Assembly (NCBI GenBank): GCA_964252035.1
Contig: OZ176200.1
Source of the DNA: Podarcis erhardii
Taxonomy: Eukaryota
Direction: 5' to 3' (one strand)
Length of the DNA: 64,000 bases
In this document: positions 38,801 to 51,405 of the stretch, in pieces
Numbering within the stretch: the stretch's first letter is position 1
How the letters are laid out: every line of letters starts with the position of its first letter
Program-made: the position numbers and the translations under genes
The notes under the pieces: generated by a model
Database searches by the model: none
What the model was told of the DNA's origin: nothing
Seen by the model: only the letters and a program-made list of their open reading frames with translations

Positions 38801-40196
38801 ATTTTATAATTGGTTGTAGCAGAGTGAATTATTTCTTGCTTAAGAAGCAGGAAGCTAGAAGTATATGACTACTAAGCCTTAGTATTTATTTCTTTGTGCA
38901 GGATTGCATCCAGCTAAGTAACTGTGGACATGGAATGGTTATGTGAGCATTCCATGAGTGAAACTTTCCCTCCCTCTGCTCCCCTTGCATATACTCCAGA
39001 TCTGCTCTGGGGATTCTTCCAACCCTTTGGGGCAGATTAGTGGGTATGGGGAGAAGAGGGAGTTAGTTGTTACATTTCTTCAAATATTACTTCTAAATAT
39101 TACTTTTATTTTAATCACTTGAGAGAAAGATGACTGGCTGTAGCTTTCAGTAGGTTGGTACCATGTGTTTATGTTTGTGTGCATTTTAAACAAATAGATT
39201 ATAAATTATATTCTAAAGCTTTACATTGGAGAAGATTCAATTTGCTAATTTTTTTCCTTATTTAATAGTTATATCATGTGGCATCTCAATTCAGTCTTGG
39301 TATATAGCTACTACTAAATAGTGGCAGGATCATTGCCAACATCATTTACCGGTTATACAAATGACCAATTTTTTTCCAGCTCTGTGAACCATTTCTCCTA
39401 TGCCTAGAATGGATCTTCTACCTTTTCTGTACCTAAAATAGTTTTAAACCTAACTAAATGCAGCAGAGATTGATTGCATTGCAAAATACTGATGCTATAA
39501 ATTACAGCAGGTGCGGTTTAGTATATGAGGTGTGGGAAGAAAGAAGGAATCCTAATAGTTTAAATAATTCTGCCATCTCAACGGACATGTTAGTAATTTT
39601 GAAAAGGTTAAGCAGAGAATGGAAAGGCATGAGAACACGATAAGTCTTCCATTCCCTTATTAATAAGAAAACCAACATGAGCATTTGGTGAAGACTATAT
39701 TTATAATGCCTTTTATGTCAGAATAAATGGCTTGGAGCATGGTGCAGAATCAAAAGGTGTTTCCATCTCATTGCTACATGTGGGAAGAAATTTGAAAGCA
39801 GGGCTGTAAAGAGAACGCCATAGCTGCATTATGTGTAAATTGCATTGAAACAGTTCTTTAGAAGGAAATTAGCATATAGGTGATGATGGTGATGATAAAA
39901 TCTGGGGTTTGCAACAGCTGATCATGTCATTTCTGTGAAATTTTGCTTGGGTAGTTACTTTTGTTTAAGGATTTTTGAAAAATTAACTGTTGCTCTTGCA
40001 GTAGGGCTCTTTTTTTGTGGAAGCTGACTTGTTGGTATGGGAAGCAATTCTGTTCTGCTCAAATAAAGCACGTGTACAAAATGACGCTTCCCATACCAGC
40101 AAGTCAGCTTCCACAAAACGGAGCCCTACTGCAAGAGCAACAGTCCCCATCTGACCTGCTGACCCATGCTACTGTACTTAACAGGGAAAAGACAAA

Positions 40197-41220
40197 AGTT
40201 AGGGTTCCAGGTGGAGAAATCGAAATTGGAAACAGAACTGTTAGAACCTAAGACTAAGGTACTTTCAAGAATGTATAACTTGCTGTTAAAATGGAATACA
40301 CAAGATGAAATGGTTAAATCGGCTATGATAAAGTGGGCACAGGACATAGGGCATAATATCATGTTTGAGGACTGGGAAAGGTTGTGGACCAACGGGCTGA
40401 ACTTCACTGCATGTAATGCTTTGAAGGAAAATGTAATGAAAATGATATATAGATGGTACATGACCCCAGTTAAACTTGCCAAAATATACCATTTGTCTGA
40501 TAACAAATGTTGGAAATGTAAAGAAAATGATGGAACATTCTTTCACCTCTGGTGGACTTGCCCTAGAGTGAAGGCCTTCTGGGAAATGATATATAATGAG
40601 CTGAAAAGGGTATTTAAGTATACCTTCACTAAGAAACCAGAGGCATTCCTTTTGGGTATTGTCGACCAGAAGGTGTTAAAGAAGGATCGAACATTTTTTA
40701 TGTATGCAACAACGGCAGCAAGGATACTCATCGCTAAGTACTGGAAAACTCAAGATCTACCCACACTGGAAGAGTGGCAGATGCAACTGATAGACTATAT
40801 GGAACTAGCCGAGATGACCGGCAGAATCCGAGACCTGGGAGAAGAGAAGGTTGAAGAAGATTGGAAGAAATTTAAGATTTATTTAAAAAAGCATTGTAAT
40901 TTGGCTGAATGTTAAGATGGAGGCTAGATCATAAATAATTGACCACCACTAAATTAGATGCAATTAGGATGATAAGTGAGATTAAGGAAAAATCATAAAC
41001 CTTTGGGAGAGCTATTAGATTATATTCTAAAGGAATGGGATATAAGAATGTAAACAAGATGATAAATTGCGGGCAAGAATTGACAATGATGCAAGTGGGA
41101 GCGGAAGACGTGAGGGAGTCCAAAGAAATTAAGAAATTATGTTATGATATATGTTACATTGTTTATTATATTTGCATTTGTGTTTAAAAATCTTAATAAA
41201 AATTTATTTTTAAAAAAAAA
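40197..41220 (+). mobile_element. 5'-truncated L1-clade LINE (ORF2 C-terminus, 3' UTR, poly-A) in sense in intron 4
   Basis: Open frame to 40915 with a CCHC knuckle (CWKCKENDGTFFHLWWTC) and the L1-type FW...AARILIAKYWK region. AATAAA at 41195, A tail, TSD (AA)CAGGGAAAAGACAAA at about 40180-40196 and 41219-41235. Confidence 0.9.
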
Positions 41221-42629
41221 CAGGGAAAAGACAAATTCTTAATACAGAACATAATACTGATTTACTGGCCATGCCTTTAGTAAATCATGGACGGTGAAGC
41301 TGTATGATCCCTGCAGTTCTCAAATGGAAACAGTTGAGAAGCATATACTTCTTTCTAAACAGATAACAGCTTGTTGTTTCCTTCATTTACAGTAAAGTTG
41401 TTTCTTTGGGGCTTTTCTGTCAGCTCTTGCTTACTTGACAAGGTGATGATGATGATACAGCTTTCACAGCTTCACCTTTAGTGTGCAGTGAAGGTGAATT
41501 GTTTTTAAGAGGGGGAAAACGCTGAATCCCTTAGCCCAGCTTATTGGAGTTGTCTCTCTGTCTTAATGGAAATGGTAGTCACTGTTTCCAAATTCCTTTC
41601 TTCTTCCCTTCCCCCTTCCAAAGGCTTTCAAGTGAATAATTTCTATAGATTTATTTGAATACTGCCATTTTTTGAGATTTTTCTCCTTGTGCTGTTGACG
41701 CTTGTGCCGTAAATCACTATGTTGCTAGGCAAAATAGAGATTTGGAGAGGCACATTTGTACAGGATCTTGTTTGCCATTTCAGCATATCACATTAGTTAT
41801 CATCTGATGTAAGTGAAGCTGTGCTTCTTTCTTCCTCTCATGGTTTCAGTAGGGCACAGGCATGACATATTTGAAAAAGGTTGAAGAGTTTTTTGTATAG
41901 TGCACTCTACTGGGTAGTTGGCTGTTCAGCCAGGTACCCAGCTCAACAACTGTGTGTCTTCGAGCCAAGTTTGTTACATGTGTAGTAAACACACAAATGT
42001 TGTTCTTTGATGGATGAATGGCATGCACTTGGCAAAAAATCACTTCCTTTGTTTACTATTTGATAAACAAATAGCTAAAGAAAAAGAGCAATTAAGCCAT
42101 GTTCCCTGCTATTGATAGGAGTCTAATAGGGTGGAAATGCAAATGGAGCTGCAGGCAGAAGCCAGTTTCTGAGTTTGTTTGTTTTTCATGCTGGTGTGTA
42201 ATCGAGGAACTGAGGTGTGTCTGAATAGTAACAGCAACAAATAAAGTTGAAAAATATTATTTGTTACTAAAATATTTTGCTTTCGGCACTTAATGAACTG
42301 ATTCTTGTTGTCTAACAAACGTTAGCACTCAAGGCAGTTTAATAAAAATAATAACAATGTTGGAGGCAAGGAAAGTCTGAAGCAGAAGCATGTCCTACAG
42401 ATCACGCTGGAACAAAATTAATGCTTTTAAAATGTGGTGCCAGAAAGAAGAGCTTAGCAACAGCAGTGTGAAGTACAGTAGGAAAGCACCTTATTAGCAG
42501 CTGCTTCTTTGATTGTTCAGTCATATACTTGGAGGAGACTAAAAAGAGATCTTGCCTAAATTCCTGTCACAAAATTGTGCTATCTACTTGCTTAGCCTCC
42601 TGGCAAATCAGCTGAATGCAATTCATATA

Positions 42630-42855
42630 CAGTGGTACCTCGGGTTAAGTACTAAATTCGTTCCGGAGGTCCGTTCTTAACCTGAAACTGTTCCTAACCT
42701 GAAGCACCACTTTAGCTAATGGGGCCTCCCGCTGCTGCTGCGCTGCTGGAGCATGATTTCTGTTCTCATCCTGAAGCAAAGTTCTTAACCCGAGGTAATA
42801 TTTCTGGGTTAGCGGAGTCTGTAACCTGAAGCGTATGTAACCCGAGGTACCACTG
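42630..42855. mobile_element. MITE family A copy
   Basis: TA|CAGTGGTACCTCGGGTTA ... TAACCCGAGGTACCACTG|TA, perfect 18-bp TIRs. Confidence 0.9.
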
Positions 42856-43551
42856 TATTAGTGTTCTACAAAGTGAAAGCACATTAAAGTAAATGCAGGG
42901 CCCCAGTAGCACTGGGTGAATAAAAAATGCTGGGGGCACCACTGAGCAAGTGACCGTAAGTTTGTTCGTTCCCTCAGCCTAATAAGCACCTCTGTGAACC
43001 GTCCAATCACACACAGTTTTTTTTTTTTTTTTTGTTGTTTTTTTGGGAGAGAGAAGCCAAACAAACTCTGTCTCCATGAGACACTGAAGTGGAATACCTG
43101 GGTTACTTTGAAGATTATTTTGTGGGGATGAGGTGCCCTTGTAGTTTTTCCACCATACTGTTTCAGCTTGTAACCCCCCCCCCAATGAATCAGGCTTATA
43201 AGACAAGACAAAGCAATTCCTTTCAGCTCTTTAGTGTCCCTCAATATTTGTCCTGCTACAAATTTCCCTCTAAAATATGTGGTAACAACATCTGAACATG
43301 ACAGAATTCCATCCACAAGCTGTGACTTCTTGCAATAGTTATGTGACTGCAGAGGTACTTAACCTTTGATAAGCCTTTAGTGTTTATATATGGTGCTATT
43401 TAGATTTAGTTATTGATTTAATTCCATTTCCTAGTTTCCTAATAAAAGTTTTCTCTGGGTGACATGCACAGTGAAGTCAACAAAGTTAAAACAGAACAAC
43501 TTGATAATCTTATATTGGCAAAACTGTTCCTAATTATTATTTTCCTTTCAG

Positions 43552-43660
43552 CAACCCACGGTTTCTGATGATTGCTCTAGCCTATGCTATACCATTGGGT
43601 GTTTTCTCGGGATGGTCTGGTGTTCTAGACTTGATATTAACCCCAAAGGACATAAGCCAA
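43552..43660 (+). CDS. SLC49A4: SLC49A4 coding exon 5
   Basis: Acceptor TTTTCCTTTCAG|C, donor CAA|GTATGT. 109 nt, encodes [36 protein letters not shown]. Absent from the ORF track; read by hand. Confidence 0.96.
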
Positions 43661-43899
43661 GTATGTATATGTGTATATTGTTTAGCTTCGCTTATGCATC
43701 ATAGGCAAAATACTGGTTTTGTTACTGGTAACTGAACCAACCAAGCAAGATGCACTGGAGACTATGTCCTGCTTTTGTAGTAAAAGTGCCAATGGGTTTG
43801 AGTTGAAATAGATGCTGAAAACATTTGCAGATAACAGAGGCTAAGGAAAAAGGATAACACTGGCGTCTTTTGAAATGTGTGTATTAACATTTTTAAAAA

Positions 43900-44150
43900 C
43901 TAAATCCTGTAGAAATCTAGGAGGGAAATGTTATCAAGTGAAACTGATTGGCAATAGATTTGAGTTAGACAAAAGGAGATATTTAATCAAACATCACCAA
44001 ATTCACTTATACTATTTGCTGCCACAAGAAATGGCGACTGTCATTGTCTTAGATGACTTTGAAAAGGAGATTAGACAAATTAATGGAGAACAGGTCTATC
44101 AAAGGTGAAATAGAACTACAGAGTGCTGTACCTCTGAATTCTAGTGGGTA
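43900..44150 (+). mobile_element. Degenerate CR1 ORF2 3' end / 3' UTR
   Basis: KLIGNRFELDKRRY...LPQE...LDDFEK-like remnant followed by TTAGACAAATT..TGGAG...TCTATCAA. Boundaries approximate. Confidence 0.6.
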
Positions 44151-44226
44151 TTTGCTTATAGTAAATACTATCATGGTTACTGTGCTTGAAATAACACAGT
44201 GTTGTTCACTCTTAAATCTTTTCTAG

Positions 44227-44294
44227 GTGGATGCAGGTTGGATTGGATTTTGGTCTATTGTAGGAGGTTGTATAGTTGGCATAGCACTGGCAAG
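44227..44294 (+). CDS. SLC49A4: SLC49A4 coding exon 6
   Basis: Acceptor CTTTTCTAG|GTG, donor AAG|GTAAGT. 68 nt, encodes VDAGWIGFWSIVGGCIVGIALA(R). Confidence 0.96.
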
Positions 44295-44863
44295 GTAAGT
44301 ATCACAGTCTTTCTTCATTTTATTTTTCTTCATTGCAATTGTCTTTTAGTTATACTGAAACAATACCCCTCAGGATCATTTCCTGTCATCTATGACAATT
44401 GTAAAAGAAGAAATGCTTTTCTGTGGGGGGGAAATAGGTTCATCTTCTAGCATAGCAATTTGTGTGTTTCATGATCTTTTTAGGCAGTGATTGCTGGAAA
44501 TTCCATTTGCTCAGCCATCAAACTGAGCAGTTCATATTATTGTGTTTGACAAGTGCTCCCTATCCACTCCATCCAAAGGTGGAAAGAACCACTTAGGTAA
44601 AATAATCAAGGAACCATCAGTGGGGTTTTCCTACCTGTTTGCTTTCAGCTCCTCCATTACAGATGTGATGGATTCCTCAACAGAATAGTTAGAGAAATTT
44701 GATAGCTCTGATGTCATGTTGAGGTTTTTTGTTTTAGAGAAGAAAAGTACGGCTTACGAGGTGCAGTTAATTTACAAGTTCTCTGATTTATTAAGTGCTC
44801 AGAGATAACAAACCCAAATATTACACTGTGGTTTGATGCTGGTTTGGTATCATATTTTGTTAT

Positions 44864-45130
44864 GCCAGTGTGGTGTAGTGGTTAAGAGCGGTAGTCTCGT
44901 AATCTGGGGAACCGGGTTCACGTCTCCACTCCTTCACATGCAGCTGCTGGGTGACCTTGGGCCAGTCACACTTCTTTGAAGTCTCTCAGCCCCACTCACC
45001 TCACAGAGTGTTTGTTGTGGGGGAGGAAGGGAAAGGAGAATGTTAGCCGCTTTGAGACTCCTTAAAGGCAGTGAAAGGCGGGATATCAAATCCAAACTCT
45101 TCTTCTTCTTCTTCTTCTTCTTCTTCTTCT
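44864..45130 (+). mobile_element. tRNA-derived squamate SINE (Squam3-like) with (TTC)n tail
   Basis: Head GCCAGTGTGGTGTAGTGGTTAAGAGC with A/B-box-like motifs, MIR-core-like GTGACCTTGGGCCAGTCAC, tail (TTC)n at about 45098-45130. Confidence 0.75.
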
Positions 45131-45143
45131 ACGGGGGGGGGGG

Positions 45144-45297
45144 GGGATTGGTAGAGCATCTGGCTCAGTTAGTAGAGACTCTTAAAATCAGGGTCATGGT
45201 TTCGAGCCCCACACTGTGCAAAAGATTCCTGCATTGCTGGAGGTGGACTAGGTGACCCTCGTGGTCTGTTCCAGGTCTACAATCCTCTGATTCTATT
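45144..45297 (+). mobile_element. tRNA-Lys-derived SINE with CR1-like tail (degenerate)
   Basis: GCTCAGTTAGTAGAG...CTCTTAA..TCAGGGTC.TGGTTTCGAGCCCCAC head followed by a CR1 3' tail (GGACTAG.TGACC...TGATTCTA). Confidence 0.7.
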
Positions 45298-46115
45298 ATC
45301 CCCTTGCCTTTAGAGTCTGCTTATAAAGGTTAAGAATTGAGTCTCTTGAAGCCACTGGTGCTTAAATCCACAAGTTCTTTTGAGATGGGTCCCCCCCCCA
45401 TATTATCAGGTCCTGCACCCTGTATAAGGTTTTGTCCTCCCAGCCCTTGTGGAATTGGGCTCCACAAAAATACTTCTATTGCTGTGGAGTTCGAAAATGA
45501 TTTTGTAGCAGTTACAAAAGACATTAAAAGAGTATTCTGAGACTGAAAGCAAGTTTTATGTTTAAAAAATTAATCTACTACAAAAGGTCAAGATTTTACA
45601 TAATAGGTCTGAGTCAGCAGATATGCACTAGCATCATCTTATGACTAGAAGAGGATGGCCTTCCAAGCTCAGTTTAAGAGCACAATATAATTTATGAGTA
45701 GAAGAAGGAGCTTCCCAGTATTTAAAAGCGTCTATAGAAGCTTGGAAATAGTTTTTAACATGATATAGGAGATTACTGTTATTGAATGGATGTTGGCACA
45801 TTTTGGGTTGCTGTTCTGTGTCTTAAATCCCATGGCTGTCACGAGTTCTGCTCTCTCACCTCTGGAATCTTTTTTAGTATCTCCTCCTATTCAACAGCCA
45901 TTGCTTTTTTTTACATGTTTCTGGAAACTTAATTTAGAAATGAAGTTGAACAGATTTAATTAGAGAGTAAAATCTGTTGCCAAGATTAGATTGGCCATAT
46001 TTGAACATTAGAAAAATCCTTGGGGGTTTGTGACCAGAATGTATTGTGGTGAACCTCATGTTCTTGTATTCTCCCTCCTTCACTAAAAACAGATTTGAAG
46101 CTTCCCATACTGGTT

Positions 46116-46657
46116 TGTAACTGTCCTGCCTCAACAGGTGTGGACTGTGGGTGGGCCCAACCCCTAGAATCCAAGGAGGCCAAGGCCTCACACACGAGAT
46201 TGCCAGAGAAGACATGCAGAGACAACCAGGGTGATTCACAAGTATTCAGCCTAATTTGAAAACTTAATCCAGTGTCAGGAACAGAGGAGATCCAGTCTAG
46301 GCAAAAGAAGTCAAGGAGTCTGGCGTCGGGGAGCTTGAAGAGCTGTGTTTTTCTTCAGCAGCTGTGAAGCTGTGAAGGGGCTGATAAAGTCTGGCCTACC
46401 AGGCTGAGCCTAATCCCAGGCTGGTGTTTGAGGGCATTCTAAGAGCCCTTTATTTCAAGGAACACCTTTACTCCTTAAAGGGGTTTACTCTTGAGTTACT
46501 CTGTGACTGTGGGCTTTCGGGCACCTACTTAGTTGTGCACCTGTTGCCTGGACTTGAATATTAGGCACCTGTACTCAAGGTGAGGAGGGATATCTCAGCG
46601 TCTCCCTCAGACTCTACTAGGGGCTTATGGCACTCTGACCCTAAGGGCCCCTCAACA
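46116..46657. mobile_element. Possible solo LTR
   Basis: TGT...ACA ends, 542 bp, flanks GGTT and GGAT (3/4), composition distinct from the flanks. No other support. Confidence 0.3.
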
Positions 46658-46837
46658 GGATTCTGTAGAGGCTCCCTTTCAATTCTAAGGATCTTCAGTA
46701 CTGACGGAAGGAAATCTCATCTGCTTCTCCCAGTCTTCAGACAGCTGGAGGTCCAGTTTGTCCCCTGTGGATTCTGTTTTCTGGATTGGGGTTGGGCATA
46801 GCAATAACAAATTTCAGTTTCTTGCTTCATCTGAGCT

Positions 46838-47030
46838 ATTTATTTATTGGATTTATATACCGCCTGTCATCAAAGGATCTCAGAGGGTTTACAACATAAA
46901 ACACAACATAAAAATGCAGCATAAAAACACAAATAAGTAGCTTAAAGGCTGTGGAGTATTAATCAGCCAAAGGCCTGGTTGGGTTGAAGAGGAATGTTTT
47001 TACCTGGCTCCTAAAGATGAAGGTGCTCTT
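46838..47030 (-). mobile_element. L2-type LINE 3' end
   Basis: TTTATTTATTGGATTTATATACCGCC...GGTTTACA...AAAGGCCTGG...GAAGAGGAATGTTTTTACCTGGC.CCTAAA resembles reverse-strand lizard L2 termini. Confidence 0.5.
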
Positions 47031-48914
47031 AAATTGGCAAACCATTTTCTAGTCTTAAGATGACTAGTGCAGATATGCTGACTTCATGTAAATCCTGACC
47101 TTTTGTGATAGATTGATTTGTTAAATATGTAGCCTGGTTTCAGCCTCATAATATCCTTTTAATGCCTTCTGTAGCTGCTACGAAATTGATTGCAAATTCC
47201 ATAGCAATGTAAATATTCTGTGGACCCCAGTGCTGCCTCCTTCAGCCTAATCATTTCTACTTTTTCAGAAAAAGCTAACTGACTGTTGCCAGATATCTCT
47301 TTCTGATTAAGTAGCTTTATAGTTTCAAACATAGGGTTTTGGGCACACAAGGAGTGGTGGTTTGCCACTTTTGATGGATGACTGCCCCCTTTTAGGCCTA
47401 CTCAGCAGTTATCTATATACAGTTGAATCAATGTCTGTGCTGACTATAATTTGCTGAAAGTTGTAATTAGGAAAATTAGCTAATGATTCTTGTCAAGTGT
47501 GACAGGCTCATGTATTTCAAAGTCAGTCCTGTGACTTACCAGGCAGGCAGCCTGGTACCTATTGTAATAGCTCAGTGTGGGGGTGCTTTGTGTTCTACCA
47601 GCTGCTAATTTTCTTACATCAAGCGTTTCCTTTTAGGAACTATGGTGTAGCTTTGCTTCCTCCTAGTCTCTCAGTTCCTCCTTTCATCACACTTAAATCT
47701 CAATATAATTTCACTCTGCTTATGAACATTATTTACCTGCTATATGGAATAAGTAAAAGAAACTATATGCAAGTGTCCTTCCCATTTTCAATGATGCACA
47801 AGCTGTCATTTGGATGCCAAACTATCTCTGCATGCTGTAGAAATGTTTTTGCGGGTGTTAACAGAATCATGCCTGTCAAAGGAAGGCACAGTTGGAAAAT
47901 AAGTTCTCAAATTTCATTATTTTGTTACCCGTAGTGTACCGTGTCTTCCTTCACATGAGATTTATGCCCTTGATCTTGCCACTCCAAGCCCCAGACCAGG
48001 AGCGTGGCATGTTTATGATTGAAGAGCCTTCAGTATTTTAGGCAGCTGGCAGGTATTTGCACCCTTTCCTTAGCAGTGATAGACTAGACTGGTGGTGGGG
48101 AGGGGAGAAAAATCAACTTCAAACAGTGACAATCTCATGTTTTTGTTTTTGTTTTTTAAATCTGCAGAGCAATACAAATCAACCTCTTTTTCCCCCCGCT
48201 GACATTTTTCTTGTTGCATTCACTAATGATAAGAGATATTTTTCAGATTTTGTCCTTCACAGCTCAGAATTTCCTTCATCTTTTAAATAGCAGCAAAGTC
48301 GAAATGCAGCAACTTTGTAGCATGGTGTAATTTCAGTAGCAATGAGCAGCAGAGTTGACAGCAGCAAATTATTACTCGTAGCTATACGAGGCACATAATG
48401 TGAATTTTTTGGATAAAAAAATCTGGGCCAAGCAGATCTGGGGAGCAGTAGACTTTTTGTTGGGAGGGGACATATATTTGTGGCAGGAAGCATTTGTCTC
48501 CTGCTTTTCTATCTTTATCGCTCCTCTGTATTTAACATGGAACTAGGTGCTTTGTCACAATTATACCAACAAAACAATGGAGAGGGGTGGGAGAATGAGC
48601 AGCAGTGATGGGGAGCCCATTGTCGGTGGAGACTGGACTAGGAGTTGGCGGCAGTAGCTGTTAACAAGAACATCTGTATAGGCACTATATCGCTGAGTGC
48701 TATGTACAGAGGAGAAAAATATTGGAATTATTTTTCCTTCATGTCTGATTTATAAGCTTCCCAAAGGTATGTGACTGGCCACTGTTAACAACAGAATGGG
48801 GGATTGGTTTGACCAGCGAAGTAGTTCCTGGTGCCAAGCTAGGCCTGTGTGAAAATATAATAAGTAGAGTGGAAAGTATTTTGACACACAGGAATGGGAA
48901 GATTCTTCTCAGTA

Positions 48915-49242
48915 CAGTGGTGCCTCGCAAGACGAAATTAATCCGTTCCATGAGTCTCTTCGTCTAGCGGTTTTTTTGTCTTGCGAAGCAAGCCCATTGA
49001 CGGCTTAGCGGATTAGCGCTATTAGCGGCTTTTAGCGTCTTATTGGCTTAGCGGATAATCAGATAAGCGGCTTAGCAGCTTAGAAAAGGGGGGGGGGAAA
49101 CCCGCAGGAACTCGCAAGACATTTTCATCTTGCGAAGCAAGCCCATAGGAAATTTGTTTTGCGGAGCACTTCCAAAACGGAAAACTCTTTCGTCTAGCGG
49201 GTTTTCCGTCTTGCGAGGCATTCGTCTTGCGGGGCACCAATG
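48915..49242. mobile_element. Tigger/pogo-like MITE family B
   Basis: TA|CAGTGGTGCCTCGCAAGACGAA ... TTCGTCTTGCGGGGCACCAATG|TA. Internal GCGGCTTA-like and CGTCTTGCG repeats; CpG-rich. Confidence 0.85.
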
Positions 49243-49635
49243 TATATGAATGATCCTTTGGTTCATGGAAGACCTTTGGGTCCAATCCACTGATTTTTTT
49301 AGTGATAATATGTGGAAAATAGTAAGTTTCAAATAAGAGAAAAACTTACATGTATTGGTTTCCGATATTAAAAGAGCATAAAGTTGAGACAGGTTTGTGA
49401 TAATGTTTTGTCTTCAGTTTCATAATGTAGCTGTCTATTATGATCCAGTGTGTTTCAAATTGTAAAACTCTTCTTTTAGGGGCAAGTATAAAGACAAAAC
49501 CTCTTTTACAGATCAATTTTGAACAAGGTACTTATCTTAGAAACATACTGCTGCCACTTATTCATAAGAAGTATTTGCTTCTTTTGGTGTTTTACCTTCC
49601 TTAAACTTCAATATATCACATTAGAAATCACTATA

Positions 49636-49877
49636 CAGTGGTACCTCGGGTTACATACACTTCAAGTTACATACGCTTCAGGTTACACACTCCACTAAGC
49701 CAGAAATAGTGCTTCAGGTTAAGAACTTTGCTTCAGGATGAGAACAGAAATCGGGCTCCGGTGGCGTGGCGGCAGCAGGAGGCCCCATTAGCTAAAGTGG
49801 TGCTTCAGGTTAAGAACAGTTTCAGGTTAAGAACGGACCTCCGGAACGAATTAAGTACTTAACCCGAGGTACCACTG
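49636..49877. mobile_element. MITE family A copy, 82 nt upstream of exon 7
   Basis: TA|CAGTGGTACCTCGGGTTA ... TAACCCGAGGTACCACTG|TA, with an extra 15-bp subterminal unit. Confidence 0.9.
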
Positions 49878-49959
49878 TATTTCAAAGTGTTGTAGCAATT
49901 TGGCTAAAGTTTACAGAATTTGTGAAGGGTTTGTTAATTGTGATTTGTGTTCCTTTCAG

Positions 49960-50087
49960 GTTTGCCGATTTTATCCGAGGAATGCTGAAACTTATACTGC
50001 TTCTGTTATTGTCAGGAGCAACTTTGTCATCCATCTGGTTCACTTTGACGTGTTTAACAACTGTCAGTCATCTTCCTTTAACTACAG
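49960..50087 (+). CDS. SLC49A4: SLC49A4 coding exon 7
   Basis: Acceptor TTCCTTTCAG|G, donor ACAG|GTATGC. 128 nt, encodes [42 protein letters not shown]. The expected next exon (TLYASCILLG-like) was not found before 64000. Confidence 0.96.
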
Positions 50088-51159
50088 GTATGCTAATGCC
50101 CAGCCTCGTCAAATAAATGGTTTTGGTAGCGGTTCTTAGATATGTGAGATGTTGGAAAAAGAAGTTATATTGCAGATTAATTTTCAATAAACTGTTTTAA
50201 TTCTGTGGTGCTGCTGGGCAGGGGAGATTGGCATTCATTGTGGGATTTTTATTTTATTTTGGGGGGGGGGTCACTTCTGAACCCCCAGTGCTACAATGTA
50301 ACTCAAGCCACTTTGTAATGTATAATGAAGCAGAGGAGACAGCTGTCAGAATTGACAGTGTAAGACCAATTCACATATGCAAGACTGGACTCTTGAAATC
50401 TTCACGTCCATTGACTGAAGTCATTATGTCCATTGATTTCAGTGAGTCTACTCTGAGTGTGACTTACTCAGATACAACCCATACATTAAGCTGGAAGAAC
50501 TCCCTGTGTCGCCATAAACAAGTTAAAGTAAAAGAAAAGGCAATAAGAAACTAATTTTATTTAGTGATATAAAGCCAACAAGGGGAATTTTGAAGTTCAT
50601 TAAACTGACGTGTCTTTGACAAGGTTTTCAAGACTCCTGTTAGCTGGCTATAAACATTGGTTAAAACAAGTGATTAATTCTAACCCTTTAGCCCGACCTG
50701 CTTGGAATTCCATTGGATAATAGTGTGTTTTGTGGTTACTTATCTGGGAACACAAGTATGTAGGGAAATAATAAGCTTGTAATACGTCAAACTAATTAAC
50801 TTGCCATTTCCCCTTTACTTGTTTTGTTACACCCCCTTTGTATATTACAATAGGTATTATGTATGAAGTACAGGTTGTCTATAGTAATGTTAAGTCAGAC
50901 AAAAAGTATATGTGGTTATTTAGTTTTGAACTAGACTGGGCAAGCATTTCTGAAATTTCTTTGTTTTGATATCATAGGCTTCCCCTACCCTACCCTACCC
51001 ATCTCTTCATCCCACTTTTTTTTTGCAGGGGTTGGGTGGGTTCTCATACCTTCTTGTATCTATATCTTGGGGAGATGCTTGAACTGAAATCCTGGATAGA
51101 AATTCAGTATATCTGTATAGTAACTAAACTTCACACCACAAATATGTATCGTCTAATGA

Positions 51160-51405
51160 TATTAGACAAATTCTTGGAGTATAAGGCTGTCAGTGGCTAC
51201 TAACTGTGATGGCTGTATACTACATGCAAGATCAAAGACGGCATGCTTCTGAATATCATTTGTTGCGGAATAGCAGCAGGAGAGTGCTCCCAGGCTCATG
51301 ACTTCCTTGTGGGCTTCCTAAAGACACCTGATTGATCAGGTGGGAAAACAGGATACTGAACTAGGCATTCCTTTAATCTGATCCAGTCAGGCTCTCTTTT
51401 GTTCA
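51160..51405 (+). mobile_element. Degenerate CR1 3' UTR fragment
   Basis: TTAGACAAATTCTTGGAG...GGCTACTA...GTGGGCTTCC...AACAGGATACTGAACTAG...TCTGATCCAG. Confidence 0.6.

Noticed and set aside
40166-40196. Host-L1 fusion protein starting MLLYLTGKRQK
   Set aside because: The ATG lies in flanking DNA and the TSD. The nearby candidate acceptor would read a different frame from L1 ORF2, so no in-frame SLC49A4-L1 fusion arises.
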